64,000 bases of DNA from an uncultured bacterium (GTDB lineage: Bacteria; Verrucomicrobiota; Verrucomicrobiia; Limisphaerales; UBA8199), in NCBI GenBank assembly GCA_963749495.1, contig CAVVMW010000002.1, positions 10,591 to 74,590 of the forward strand. The letters run 5' to 3'. Below, in pieces: positions 47,253 to 59,721 of the stretch. Position 1 is the stretch's first letter. Each line of letters starts with the position of its first letter. The notes under the pieces were generated by a model, which made no database searches, had not been told where the DNA came from, and worked only from the letters and a program-made list of their open reading frames with translations. Made by a program: the position numbers and the translations under genes.

Positions 47253-48485
47253 ATGAAAAATCCTGCAACCCACAGCTCAACGGGGCGGTTAGTGAACCGC
47301 CGGGCCTTTCTCAAAGCTTCGGCGGCCATGGCGGCCCTGCCCTGCGTGATCCCGGCCTCCGCATTGGGCCGGGATGGCGGTCCGGCCCCCAGCGCGCGCA
47401 TTGTCATGGGCGGCATCGGCATCGGCAACCAGGGCAGCGGCGACCAGGGGGCCTTCCTGGGGCGCAGCGATGTCCAATACGTGGCCGTGTGCGACGTGAA
47501 GAAAGGCGTGCGCGAAGGCGCCAAGCGGCGGGTGGATGCGCACAACGGCGACACCGGGTGCGCGGCGTACAGCGATTTCCGCGAACTCCTGGCCCGCAAG
47601 GACATCAACGCCGTACACATCGCCACGCCCGACCACTGGCATGCCGTCATCGTCATCGAGGCCTGCAAACAGGGAAAGGACGTCTTTTGCGAGAAGCCCG
47701 AATGCCTGACGATTCGCGAAGGCCGGGCCATGGTCGAGGCGGCGCGCGGTTACGGACGCGTGGTGTCGGGCGGCAGCCAGCGCGTCCTGGAGGATTTCCG
47801 GGACATCGTTCGCCAGTGCTGGAGCGGGGAGATCGGCCAGCCCAAGGAAGTCTTCGTGAACTGCGGCGGGCCCTCCAAGCCCTGCTATCTCGGGGGCGAA
47901 CCGGTGCCGCCGGACCTGGATTGGGACATGTGGCTGGGGCCGGCCCCCTGGGCGCCCTATCACCCCTATCGCGTCAGCGGCTCGTATGCCATTGACGGCA
48001 CGAGTTGGCGCTCGTGGCGCGACTATTCAGGCGGCGGCATGACCGACTGGGGCGCGCACAAGTTCGGCGGCATGCTCTTCGCCATCAACCGCATGGAGGA
48101 GGGGCCCGTCGAGGTCATCCCTCCCGACGGCAGAGACCACAAATACCTCACCTACCGTTTTGCGGACGGCCTGCTCATGTATCACTCGCCGGGCAAGGGC
48201 GAGCAGGTGCTCGGCAGCGGAACACCCGTGCCGCCGCGCGTGGTCCCCCGGTACAAGGGCAACGGCGGCATCTACGGCGATTTCATCGAATCGGTCAAGA
48301 CCCGCGAGAAACCGTTCCGCGACATCGAGCGGGCGCATCGGACCTGCACCGTCTGCCACCTGGGCAACATTGCCTACCAGTTGAACCGCCCGCTCCAGTG
48401 GGACCCGGTCAAGGAGGAATTCCCCGCCGGCGACCCGGCCAATCGCCTCCTGGACCGGGCCCGGCGCGAGCCGTGGACGATCTGA
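47253..48485 (+). CDS. Tat-exported Gfo/Idh/MocA oxidoreductase
   Basis: NRRAFLK, IATPDHWH, FCEKP, DWGAH. Confidence 0.94.
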   Translation: MKNPATHSSTGRLVNRRAFLKASAAMAALPCVIPASALGRDGGPAPSARIVMGGIGIGNQGSGDQGAFLGRSDVQYVAVCDVKKGVREGAKRRVDAHNGDTGCAAYSDFRELLARKDINAVHIATPDHWHAVIVIEACKQGKDVFCEKPECLTIREGRAMVEAARGYGRVVSGGSQRVLEDFRDIVRQCWSGEIGQPKEVFVNCGGPSKPCYLGGEPVPPDLDWDMWLGPAPWAPYHPYRVSGSYAIDGTSWRSWRDYSGGGMTDWGAHKFGGMLFAINRMEEGPVEVIPPDGRDHKYLTYRFADGLLMYHSPGKGEQVLGSGTPVPPRVVPRYKGNGGIYGDFIESVKTREKPFRDIERAHRTCTVCHLGNIAYQLNRPLQWDPVKEEFPAGDPANRLLDRARREPWTI

Positions 48486-48491
48486 GTGGGC

Positions 48492-51245
48492 TTAGTTCAG
48501 CCCGCTGCTGGACGTTTCTTTGGGGCCGATTTTGCCCCACCTTACGCTCATCCGGCCATCGCTGCCGTCTCGAAGGCTCATGAACCGATTTGTGAAACCC
48601 GCGTCCAAAGCGTCGAGCGGGGTTAGCTTCAGGCCGGGCGGTCTTGCCGGGGCGAACGCCGTTGGCGGCAGCGGGCAGTTCAGGGGTTCATAAAGAAATC
48701 GCGTACGGTTCCATTCGGTTTCCAACTCGGCGACCAGGAAGCTCTGGGCGTTTATGCACCACCGTTTGCTTGGGGCCGCCGCCGGGCCGCCGGGCCTGGA
48801 CTCGACCACATAACAATCCGCGCCGGCGATATTGGTCAGGCCGGCGTAAACCAGCCCGAGCTTCTGCGCTGCCTTGGCTGGCGAGTCGAGCTCGAGCCAA
48901 AGGGATCGGCTAGGGAAATATCCTGGAGTTGCATTTCATTGGTTGGGCACAGGACCAGGTCCGGCGTCTCGGCTGAGCCGGTCTCCCACCACCAGTTTGT
49001 GCCGTCGCCGCCGACCCGGAACGGGCCGCCCATGATTTGGGACACATCCCCGTAATACTGGCTTGGGCGCTGCCACTTGAAGGTGGTGCCCTGGAAGCTG
49101 ATGAGGCGAAGCCCGGGCCCATGGTATTGCGTTGTCAGCTGGGCATGCTCGACGAGGGACGTCAATTGGGCGCGCCGCCGCTGCATCGCCTCGAGCAAGG
49201 TCAAGAGTCTCACAGCGTTGGACCCGCTTGCCGCAACGCCCGTGCCGCCGCCCAGCGCCGGAAAGGCAGCGGGGACGACGTAGTGCTGATGAAACCGGTT
49301 CAGGGCCGCCTCGCCCGTGCTGCCGCCCGGCAAGGCAGGGGCCGGGGCCGGCTGCCCGGCGGCGGGCGCCCCAGGCCCTGTTCCGGTCGTGAAGCGCCAG
49401 ACATAGAGGCCGGCCGGTCTGCCTTGCGCCGAAATGAAACCCGCTCCGACGCCAGGCTCATCCTTGTTGACCACAACCTGGTGAAGCACGCCCGGGGCCA
49501 GGCGCATCGGGATGGCAAACTCGAAGGTGTTCGAGTTGTAGCTCGGATAGCCGGCGGACAAGCAATCGCCTGATTCCCAGTCGAACCTGGCGGCGAATGG
49601 ATCCATCGGCCGGTCGAACCGGATGCGCAAGGCGCTCTCCGGCGAGACCCCCGATGCCCCCGGGGAGGGCTCTACCGAGACGACCTTGGGCCGGGACTTG
49701 TCGCGCGACTGCTCCGCTATCGCCTGGCGGTGGTCGGGCAATGGACGGGCCATGAGTTCGATGGCATTGGAGGAGAGGTTCAGCGCCTGCGGCTCGAACT
49801 GGGCCGCATAACGGGCCGTGCCGGCCTGGGTGTCCACGGCAAAGACGCGCCGCGGCCCTTCCTTGGTGTCCACATCCACCGTCATCTGGCCGGGGCCGGG
49901 GATGGTGGCCCTGCCGTCGGCGCCCCAGCTCGACATCATCTTCATGTTGGCGATGGCGCACATCCGGCCTCTGAGGCCCTCCGCGCCATCCGCCGAAACC
50001 GTTTCCTGTGGGAAGAGCCGTCCGATTTCCCCTGGGTGGAACCGGAGCCAGAACATGGTCCAGGCGCTCCAATTGCGCTGAAACCGGGCTGTTCAGGCTG
50101 GCGCTGTCTCGCGGAACGAGCACGGCCCAGACCGCGCCATCGGCGCAGTGGCCTATGCCCAGGTCGGCGGGTCCGGAGTCCAGCCGCAGGTCGTTGCCAA
50201 CAGCGAGGCTGAACTTCGAGACCAGGAAAATGTCTTGCGAATCGAACGTCCAGGACCGGGCGCGCTCCGGGGCGGCATCGCCGACGGTGAGGGTGGTTGG
50301 GTACTCTTGTGAGAGATCCCCCGGGCGAAGCGGTTCCACCCGCAGGCCGGTCATTTCAAGCCGATGGTCCAAATACGACCAGCGGTCCGTCTTGATGAAG
50401 GCCTTTCCCCGCTTGAACATCCACAAACCGTTAGTGACCTGGAACTCGTAGCGGCTGCGCCAGGACATGTCGGACATTGTCCACTCAACCCGCCGCGGGG
50501 CGCGGCCGCCGGGCACTTCGAAAAAATCCGGGTCGAATGTGAACGTGCTCTTGAACCGAGGGTTGAGCCCAACGGCAGAGGTATCGGAGGTTCCAATGAA
50601 GAGCGGCAGTGCGTTGAGCGGTTCGATGAGAATTCGCGCCGAGCCGACCGGGAAGCTCGCGCTCGAATAATGGGTGCGGCCCGCGCCCATCCCGGCGCCG
50701 GCCCCCACAGGCCCTTGGAAGGTGACATCCACGCCTACAACCGTCTTGCCCCTCCATTTGGCCGTCCCAAGGCATTGGAGAGTGTAATTGCTGGGGGCGC
50801 TCAACATGGCGCTGAGCGGCGTCCTGAGGCTGACGCCAACCCGCGAATCGGCCCCGGACTTCAGGCGGGCGTCGAGCGGTCCAACCAATTCCTTATCGAG
50901 GCTATACAAGTGGAGGAGAGAGTGCTCCCGGAAAACGCGACTCAGCGACCACTCGGTGGCCTTGCGGTTGAATGAGTAGGTGGCCCAACGGACCCCTGGC
51001 TCCAGCCATGGCCGGTTCGTCTCGAGCACCCGGGCCACCAGGGCCTGGGCCTCCGCCGGGCCACCCGCCGGTGTGTACTCCAGCGCCTCGGGCCGGCCCA
51101 AGCGATGCGCCAGCCAGATGACCCCCACTGCCAGACCGGCGCAGACCGCGCCGGCGCAAACCCACCTCACCAACCGCCAGAGCCTGGATCTGCGTTTTGG
51201 GACGTTGCCGTTCTGACCCGGATCGGGTGCTGGCTGCGTGTTCAT
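48492..51245 (-). CDS. Membrane-anchored hypothetical protein with Ig-like (Big_5-like) domain (two frameshifts)
   Basis: PKVVSVEPSPGASGV...LRIRFDRPMD; three overlapping ORFs in series. Confidence 0.65.
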
Positions 51246-51339
51246 GCTTTCAGGTGCGGGCCGGCCTCACCGTGTTGATTGACACTGCCTGCCCGTGGAC
51301 CGTTCAAGCAGGGCCTCAGCAAGCGGGAGCGACAGCGCG

Positions 51340-51710
51340 GGCGGACCCCTCACCCCGGCCCTCTCCCCTTCGGAAGGGAAGGTCCACGGCTTCACTGCGC
51401 CGCTCCGCGACGCGCGCTGCCCCCGGCTCACCGCGTAGCGGTGCCCGATGGTAGCCGTGGACTTCCAGTCCACGGACCCATGGCCCAAGCTCGACCGCGT
51501 CGCGTCGCGACGCCTGAAAACCGCGACGCTCTCAGGCGTCGCTACGCGACGCGTGACCGTTCCCACGCCCTGAACCGTGGACCGAGGTCCACGGCTACCT
51601 TCACTGCGTCGCTACGCGACGCGCGATGATTCCCACGCCCCGAACCATGGACCGAGAGGGCCGGGGTGAGGGGTCCGCCGGGGACTTTGTCTCCGCCTTC
51701 ACTGACCGGC
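51340..51710. repeat. Composite REP/MITE (families B and C)
   Basis: Near-identical to 9495-9770. Confidence 0.85.
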
Positions 51711-51714
51711 TACC

Positions 51715-53547
51715 GGGTGCGCGACAAAAAAGTAACCAAAATTTGAGCAGGCCCGCCTGCTGATTGATTTTTGTTGCTATATTGTATCTAGTTAGATACA
51801 ATACGCACCATGACCGCTTCGCTTTCTCAGCTCGAAGACCGGCGCGAGCAGATCCTTGAACAGATCAAGGCTATCAACCGGTTGCGCCGCGGCTCCTTAA
51901 GCCGCCAATTCTTCAAGAAACCCCGCGCTGGCTCCAAAGCCCCCCAGGGCCCTTACTACGTGCTCCAAGCCTACTTCCATGGGCAGAAGTTCGCCGAGCG
52001 CATCCCGGCCGATCAGGCCCCCCAAATCGAACCCCTCGTCGCCAATTACAGACGCTTTAGCGAACTGGCCGAGGAGTTTGTCACCGTCACCGACCAAATC
52101 ACCCGCCTGAGTCAAGCCGCCCCCGACGCAAAAAAAAACTCCAGACCGAAGTCGGGCAGGAGCGATTCCGGGAAGCCAACGCCTTCATCCGGTTAGTCCA
52201 AGGGCAGTGGCAACAGCAGGGAGTGCGCAATCTCGAGGCGGTGGAAATTGGCCTGCGCGAGGCGCTCTTCCGCGATGCCTGTGGGATTCTGGGGGATTTG
52301 CTCAACGACCCGGCGCTGCCGGTGCCCGAGGATCAGGGCCGCCCAGGCGAAAGGTGCCACGCCGGCAGGCCCAAGGAGCCGCTGACCCTCTTCGGGCTAG
52401 TGGCCCTACGGCGCAACTATTACTATTGGGCGAGCCGGGAGCAAGGCCGTGCCCCGCTGGACCAGGCGCTGGGTCTGTGGGCAGGCTATTCGCCCGGGGT
52501 GCTGCGGATCATTTGCCGCGCGGCCGCGCGCCATCCCTTCGACGTGGCGGCGGCCGAGCTCAAAGCCTATTGCGGGCTGCAGGTCGAAGGCCGCCAGATT
52601 CAGCGCATCGCTCAGGAAATGGGACCGCGGGTGCGGGCGGTCCAAGAACAATTGCCTCCCTTCAAGCATGACTCGGGCCTGATTCCCGTCATGTATATCG
52701 CCGTCAATGGCACCGGGGTTCCCATGCGGCCCGAGGAATTGGAAGGCCGTGCCGGCAAGCAACCCGATGGCTCAGCCAAGACCCAAGAGGTCAAGTTGGC
52801 TTGTGTGTTTACCCAAACCACCCTTGATGAGGAGGGATTGCCGTTGCGGGACTTTGAGTCCTCCAGCTACGTGGCAGGCTTTGAAGAGGCACCCGATTTC
52901 ATGGTGCGGGCACGCCAGGAGGCCCTCCGCCGCCGTCTGCCGGGCGGCGCAGGTGTCGGTGCTGCTGGGCAACGGGGCTGCCTGGATTTGGGACCACGGG
53001 GCGAAGTGCTTCCCGATGGCCTTCCAAATTCTGGACTTGTATCACGCCCTGGAACATCTCTCCGACCTGACGAAATTGCTCGAACCGGACCCTGCCGCCG
53101 CCCAGGCCCTGTGGCGAACTTGGCGCGAGCAGTTCTTGGCCGACAACGTGGAGGAAGTCCTGCGTCAAGCCCGGGAAAGGACGGGCAAACTGGCCGCTCA
53201 GACTGCTGAATCAGCAGGCAAGCAGATCGCATACTTCGAGCACAACCAGAGCCGTATGCTCTACGCCACCTACCGCGCTTTGGGATTTTTCTACGGCTCG
53301 GGGGTGGTCGAAGCCGGCTGCAAAACGGTTATCGGCGGACGCTGCAAGTGCTCCGGCATGCTTTGGTCAGAAGAGGGAGCTACCCACGTCCTGGATTTGC
53401 GCTGCGCTCTGTATGGCAACCAATTCAACCAAGTCTGGGATCGCTTAAACCAAAGCGATTACCTGCGAATTCGCGTCGCCAACCCCCCGGCTCAAGCCAA
53501 GGAAGCTGCGTAATGGCACCTAATTGTTACTATTTTGTCCGGCTCCC
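51715..53547 (+). mobile_element. ISKra4/ISLre2-like (UPF0236) IS, copy 1
   Basis: IRs GGGTGCGCGACAAAAAAGTAA / TTACTATTTTGTCCGGCTCCC; 128-aa ORF then transposase with GSGVVEAGCKTVIGGR...GMLWS; A9 run at ORF overlap. Confidence 0.92.
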
Positions 53548-53556
53548 AACCCCAGG

Positions 53557-55389
53557 GGGTGCGCGACAAAAAAGTAACCAAAATTTGAGCAGGCCCGCCT
53601 GCTGATTGATTTTTGTTGCTATATTGTATCTAGTTAGATACAATACGCACCATGACCGCTTCGCTTTCTCAGCTCGAAGACCGGCGCGAGCAGATCCTTG
53701 AACAGATCAAGGCTATCAACCGGTTGCGCCGCGGCTCCTTAAGCCGCCAATTCTTCAAGAAACCCCGCGCTGGCTCCAAAGCCCCCCAGGGCCCTTACTA
53801 CGTGCTCCAAGCCTACTTCCATGGGCAGAAGTTCGCCGAGCGCATCCCGGCCGATCAGGCCCCCCAAATCGAACCCCTCGTCGCCAATTACAGACGCTTT
53901 AGCGAACTGGCCGAGGAGTTTGTCACCGTCACCGACCAAATCACCCGCCTGAGTCAAGCCGCCCCCGACGCAAAAAAAAACTCCAGACCGAAGTCGGGCA
54001 GGAGCGATTCCGGGAAGCCAACGCCTTCATCCGGTTAGTCCAAGGGCAGTGGCAACAGCAGGGAGTGCGCAATCTCGAGGCGGTGGAAATTGGCCTGCGC
54101 GAGGCGCTCTTCCGCGATGCCTGTGGGATTCTGGGGGATTTGCTCAACGACCCGGCGCTGCCGGTGCCCGAGGATCAGGGCCGCCCAGGCGAAAGGTGCC
54201 ACGCCGGCCGGCCCAAGGAGCCGCTGACCCTCTTCGGGCTAGTGGCCCTACGGCGCAACTATTACTATTGGGCGAGCCGGGAGCAAGGCCGTGCCCCGCT
54301 GGACCAGGCGCTGGGTCTGTGGGCAGGCTATTCGCCCGGGGTGCTGCGGATCATTTGCCGCGCGGCCGCGCGCCATCCCTTCGACGTGGCGGCGGCCGAG
54401 CTCAAAGCCTATTGCGGGCTGCAGGTCGAAGGCCGCCAGATTCAGCGCATCGCTCAGGAAATGGGACCGCGGGTGCGGGCGGTCCAAGAACAATTGCCTC
54501 CCTTCAAGCATGACTCGGGCCTGATTCCCGTCATGTATATCGCCGTCAATGGCACCGGGGTTCCCATGCGGCCCGAGGAATTGGAAGGCCGTGCCAGCAA
54601 GCAACCCGATGGCTCAGCCAAGACCCGAGAGGTCAAGTTGGCTTGTGTGTTTACCCAAACCACCCTTGATGAGGAGGGATTGCCGTTGCGGGACTTTGAG
54701 TCCTCCAGCTACGTGGCAGGCTTTGAAGAGGCACCCGATTTCATGGTGCGGGCACGCCAGGAGGCCCTCCGCCGCCGTCTGCCGGCAGCGCAGGTGTCGG
54801 TGCTGCTGGGCGACGGGGCTGCCTGGATTTGGGACCACGGGGCGAAGTGCTTCCCGATGGCCTTCCAAATTCTGGACTTGTATCACGCCCTGGAACATCT
54901 CTCCGACCTGACGAAATTGCTCGAACCGGACCCTGCCGCCGCCCAGGCCCTGTGGCGAACTTGGCGCGAGCAGTTCTTGGCCGACGACGTGGAGGAAGTC
55001 CTGCGTCAAGCCCGGGAAAGGACGGGCAAACTGGCCGCTCAGACTGCTGAATCAGCAGGCAAGCAGATCGCATACTTCGAGCACAACCAGAGCCGTATGC
55101 TCTACGCCACCTACCGCGCTTTGGGATTTTTCTACGGCTCGGGGGTGGTCGAAGCCGGCTGCAAAACGGTTATCGGCGGACGCTGCAAGTGCTCCGGCAT
55201 GCTTTGGTCAGAAGAGGGAGCTACCCACGTCCTGGATTTGCGCTGCGCTCTGTATGGCAACCAATTCGACCAAGTTCTGGGATCGCTTAAACCAAAGCGA
55301 TTACCTGCGAATTCGCGTCGCCAACCCCCCGGCTCAAGCCGAGGAAGCTGCGTAATGGCACCTAATTGTTACTATTTTGTCCGGCTCCC
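53557..55389 (+). mobile_element. ISKra4/ISLre2-like IS, copy 2 (tandem)
   Basis: Near-identical to copy 1; 9-bp spacer between copies; TSD CCGGCTACC flanks the pair. Confidence 0.92.
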
Positions 55390-55453
55390 CCGGCTACCCG
55401 TCCAACGGATTTTGTCTTGAAAACAGAAAGGAGGTCCGATAATGGGTTTGGCC

Positions 55454-57918
55454 ATGTACTCGCAATTTTGCCATGGCAGGAGGATGCGGCTTGGCTTGCT
55501 GGCCTGCCTGCTCGCTCTGCCCAACACCCATTTCGCCCAGGACAAGCCTTCGGACACCGCCAAAGCGGAGCCTGGCCAAGGAAGGCGAAAAGAAACCCGA
55601 CGAGGCCAAGAAACCCAAGATCAAGAAATACGACGAGGTGATCACCAAGGATGCGCTCACCAAGGTTGGCCTCTTCAGGGTACACCGCGTCGAGGAGAGC
55701 CTGTATTACGAGATTCCGGTCGAGGCGCTGGACACCGATCTGCTCTGGGTGGTGCAGATTTCGGAAACGACTGCCGGCAGTTCGTACGCGGGCATGCCCG
55801 TCGAGGATCGGGTCGTGCGCTGGGAACTGCACGGCGACCAGGTGCTCCTGCGCGATGTCCGCTACGGGATGCGGGCGGACACGTCGGATCCCATCGCGCG
55901 CGCGGTGAAGGCCTCCAACCTGGCGCCGATCCTCCGCGCGTTCGATGTCAAGGCCTACGGCAAGGACAAGGCGCCGGTCATCGAGGTCACGGACTTGTTC
56001 AAGAAGGAGGTGCCGGAGTTCAGCGCCCGGCGCGCCCTGGGCGCCGGCGCCATGGACAGCGCCCGCTGCTTCATCGAGGAGTTCAAGGCCTTCCCCAGGA
56101 ACATCAACGTGCGCGTCCTGGCCAGCTTCGCCCCGGGCAAGCGTGACGGCGGCTCCTCCGAAGACGGCCCTCAATCCAGCGGCCTCACCGCCCTGTTGTG
56201 CCACAGCATGGTCAAGCTGCCCGAGACCCCAATGAAACCGCGGCGCTTCGATTCGCGCGTCGGCTTCTTCACTGAATCGTTCACCGATTATTCGGACCTC
56301 AACGACCACGCGGCTGAAACCGTTCAGTACATCCTCCGCTGGCGCCTGGACAAGAAGGACCCGGAGGCCCGGCTTTCCGAGCCGGTCAAACCCGTCGTCT
56401 TCTACGTGGCCCGCGAGGTCCCGGAGAAATGGAAAAAGTATGTCAAGGCCGGCATCGAAGACTGGGCCCCCGCCTTCGAGGCCGCCGGTTTCACCAATGC
56501 CATCCTCGGCAAATACGCCCCCGACCCGCGCGAGGACCCGGACTGGGACGTGGAGGATGCGCGCATCTTCGAGCATTCGCTGGCTGCCCTCGAACATCGA
56601 AAACGCCTTCGGCCCCCAGATCCACGACCCCCGCACCGGCGAGATCCTCAGCGCCCAGGTGCGCATGTTTCACAACGTCCAGAAACTGGTCCGCGACTGG
56701 TATTTCGTCCAGGCCTCCCCGTGCGACCTCCGGGCGCAAACCCTCCCCCTTCCCGACGAACTGGAGGGCGAGTTGGTCCGCTTCGTCGTCGCTCACGAAG
56801 TGGGCCATTCCCTTGGCTTCCCCCACAACATGAAGGCCTCCTCCAGCTATACCATCGAGCAACTTCGCAACCCGGAATGGACGAAAAAGAACGGCACCGC
56901 CCCCTCCATCATGGACTACGCCCGCTACAACTACGTCGCCCAACCCGGCGACGGCGCCGCCTTGATGCCCAAGGTCGGCCCTTATGATTGTTTCGCCCTG
57001 AACTGGGGCTACCGCCAATTCCCCAAGGGGGCGGATGAAAAGGCCGAACTGGAGAAGCTCGTCAAGGTCCAGATCGATCAGCCCATGTTCCGCTTTGGCG
57101 GCCCCAACGCGGGCGTCGATTCGACCCAGCAGACCGAGGACCTCGGCTCCAATGCCGTTGAAGCGACCAAACTGGGCCTGCGCAATCTGGAGCGCGTGGC
57201 CGCTTACCTGGTCAAGGCCACCAGCAAACCGGGCAAGGATTACGAGTTGCTCTCCGTCGAATACGGCGCCCTCCTGGCCCAGTGGAGCCGCGAAATGGGC
57301 CATGTGGCCAACGTCGTGGGCGGCGTCCAGGAAATCAACCTCTATTGTGGCGACGCCAATCGGCGGTTCTTTCCCAATGCCGCCGACTACCAGCAGCAGG
57401 CGGTGTCATTCCTCGTGGAACACGCGCTGACAACCCCCACCGATTTCATCAGCCAGGACATCGTTGGCCGGCTCAGCGCCGAAGGGACCGCCCAGCGCGT
57501 CCTCGCCGCCCAGAACGCCGTGCTCGGCAACCTCCTCTCCCGCCAGCGCATCAACCGGCTCGCCGAGATTGAGTCCGCTGGCGCCAACGGCGCCTATTCC
57601 CCCGCCAAACTCTTCTCCGATCTCCGCGACGGCCTCTTCCGCGAACTGGGCGCCCAACCCGTGGACATCGATCTCTACCGGCGCAACCTGCAGCGCTCTT
57701 ACGTCGAGATGCTTTGCGCCAACCTGAAAACTCCCGCGGCAAACTCCGACCTCCCCGCCTATTCGCGAGGCGAATTGGAGGCCCTCCGCGAACGGATTCG
57801 CAAGACCAAGGTTTCCAGCGCCAAGCGCGTAGTCCAGGTACACTTGAAAGACCTGGCCGCCCGCATCACCCGCGCCCTGGATCCCCATCCTCCCGCCGAG
57901 CCCCAGGCCGAAAAGTGA
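55454..57918 (+). CDS. Zinc-dependent metalloprotease (DUF5117/DUF4953 type; frameshifts near 55570 and 56570)
   Basis: DPRTGEIL, HEVGHSLGFPHN, SIMDY. Confidence 0.9.
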
Positions 57919-58067
57919 AGGTTTCCGAGCGATTGATGGATGGCGCGAATGGGGGCGGCGGTAAACTATTCCGACCAAGCATGGGGTCCAGAATCTCCGA
58001 TGAGGTGCGCTGGGGAGGGCAAAGGCTGAGGAAGCCGGCACGGGCGTTGACGTGTCGTTTCATGCTT

Positions 58068-58541
58068 CTAGGGCTGACGTTGGTTCAGGATCCTGAGAAT
58101 TGCCCCTGAGTAGATAAGTCCCTTTTGGGCGAGCATTTTTATCTGTGCCGCGCCCTTGGTGAAGAAGGTGTGACCGCTCGAACCCCCAATTACGTCTCGC
58201 TCGAAGCGGGCGAGGGACAGGCCATCGCGGCGGAGCCAGTTCTTGAGCCATTCGAGCTTCTTGAGCACCACCTTAATCTGCTCATCGCTCCCGGTATGTG
58301 TTTCCACCCAGTAGATGCACTCCTCGCGGCGGTTGAGGTGCTGGTAGCCGATGGCGAAATCCCAACGGTTCGCTTGTGGTTCCTTGCCCAGCAATGCCGC
58401 GTCTATGTCGGCGCTTCCGCGCAATTGTCGAGGGTCCTCGGGCTTTATGTGCGGCCTGTCTTCGGCCCTGAGAGCCTGAAGGCCGGGTTGCCAGGCATTC
58501 TCCAGGTTGGGGGTCCTGGCCACCGCGTCTCTAAAGCTCAC
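58068..58541 (-). CDS. Hypothetical protein, possible PD-(D/E)XK-like fold
   Basis: RWDFAIGY...IYWVETH...VLKKLEWLKNWL; overlaps the ATPase stop. Confidence 0.6.
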   Translation of the reverse strand: MSFRDAVARTPNLENAWQPGLQALRAEDRPHIKPEDPRQLRGSADIDAALLGKEPQANRWDFAIGYQHLNRREECIYWVETHTGSDEQIKVVLKKLEWLKNWLRRDGLSLARFERDVIGGSSGHTFFTKGAAQIKMLAQKGLIYSGAILRILNQRQP

Positions 58542-59701
58542 GGCGGCGTCTCCCGCTCTGCGTTGGTCACAGCACGTGCAACTGCTTCGTTGGCACGGCC
58601 GCTAAACTCCGAAAGCCCGCCCCAACCAGCCTCGCCCTCCCCCTCAGCGGAAGGGTCCAAGCTCGAGATGTCGCTGGTGGTGCCGTTTTCGCGATTAAAG
58701 TAATAGACCCGGACCGTTTTATCCATCGCAGCAGCAGCCAACCCCTGCATCGGACGTGTCTTTGGCGCTTCAAAGATGTCGAGCAAGGCTTCCGGCGGCG
58801 CGTGGTTCTCTCGCAAATGCCTTAAAGCCCAGAGAGCATCCAGAACCTGGGGAGAATGGGTCGAGAGGCAAACCCGGTAGCCGCGCACTACTAATTCCAG
58901 GACCAGGAGGACTACTACAGAGATAGCGCGAGGATGCAGGCCCATCTCCAGCTCCTCAAGGACGACCCATTGAATCTCCGCGCGCGTGGAGACTTTCGTG
59001 GGAGGCATGAGCCAGTAAAAGCCAAGGAGAAGGGGAACGAACTCCCGCTGGCCGGCAGACCAGACCATGTAAGGCAGATTGCCGTCCGCGCCCGCGGGGC
59101 CCAAAACGAGGCGCTTTTGTGAGCTGACCTTGTCCACCCGAAGCCGAAATCCGGCAAAGACGTTCTCCTGCAACAGGTCCCTGAACTCCTTCTTTAAGCG
59201 CCGCTTCTGAGGGAACAGATCTCCGGTGGCGCCGAACTCCTGTTCGACGAGCACCCGCAGTTTTTCACTATATTCCCGGACGGCAAAGGGATCTCCGGCC
59301 GAGTAATCGGTAAATGGGCGAGGCCAGCCGTGACGTAAGGCCAGAACGCGTTGGGCCGGAATGAAGAAAAGGGATTCGTCCTTGGCTTTGCGCCTGCGCG
59401 CCGCCAACTTTTTCAGGTCCACCGCCTTGCCCTCCCACTCGATAGAACTTTCCCCTGGCCGCCAGATCGAGTGCATCCCCTCGCCAAGATAGATATCCAG
59501 AAAGTCAGGCAGTTGGCCGGACCAGTCGAGTCCATAACGGCTGAGCTCGGCCTGGACTTGGCCCGCATCAACCATGAGCTTCAACAACTGCAAGGCAATG
59601 CTTTTGCCCGTGGCCTGGGGCCCCACAAGCACAGTCAGGTCGCCGAAAGTCAAACTGGCCTGTTTGATCTGCCCGATGTTCCGCATGTCGAGAGTTGTCA
59701 T
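58538..59701 (-). CDS. ABC/AAA_21-type ATPase
   Basis: LVGPQATGKS, WSAGQRE, LEELEMGLHP, STHSP. Confidence 0.88.
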   Translation of the reverse strand: MTTLDMRNIGQIKQASLTFGDLTVLVGPQATGKSIALQLLKLMVDAGQVQAELSRYGLDWSGQLPDFLDIYLGEGMHSIWRPGESSIEWEGKAVDLKKLAARRRKAKDESLFFIPAQRVLALRHGWPRPFTDYSAGDPFAVREYSEKLRVLVEQEFGATGDLFPQKRRLKKEFRDLLQENVFAGFRLRVDKVSSQKRLVLGPAGADGNLPYMVWSAGQREFVPLLLGFYWLMPPTKVSTRAEIQWVVLEELEMGLHPRAISVVVLLVLELVVRGYRVCLSTHSPQVLDALWALRHLRENHAPPEALLDIFEAPKTRPMQGLAAAAMDKTVRVYYFNRENGTTSDISSLDPSAEGEGEAGWGGLSEFSGRANEAVARAVTNAERETPP

Positions 59702-59721
59702 GTCCACCAAATTAAAAAGTT

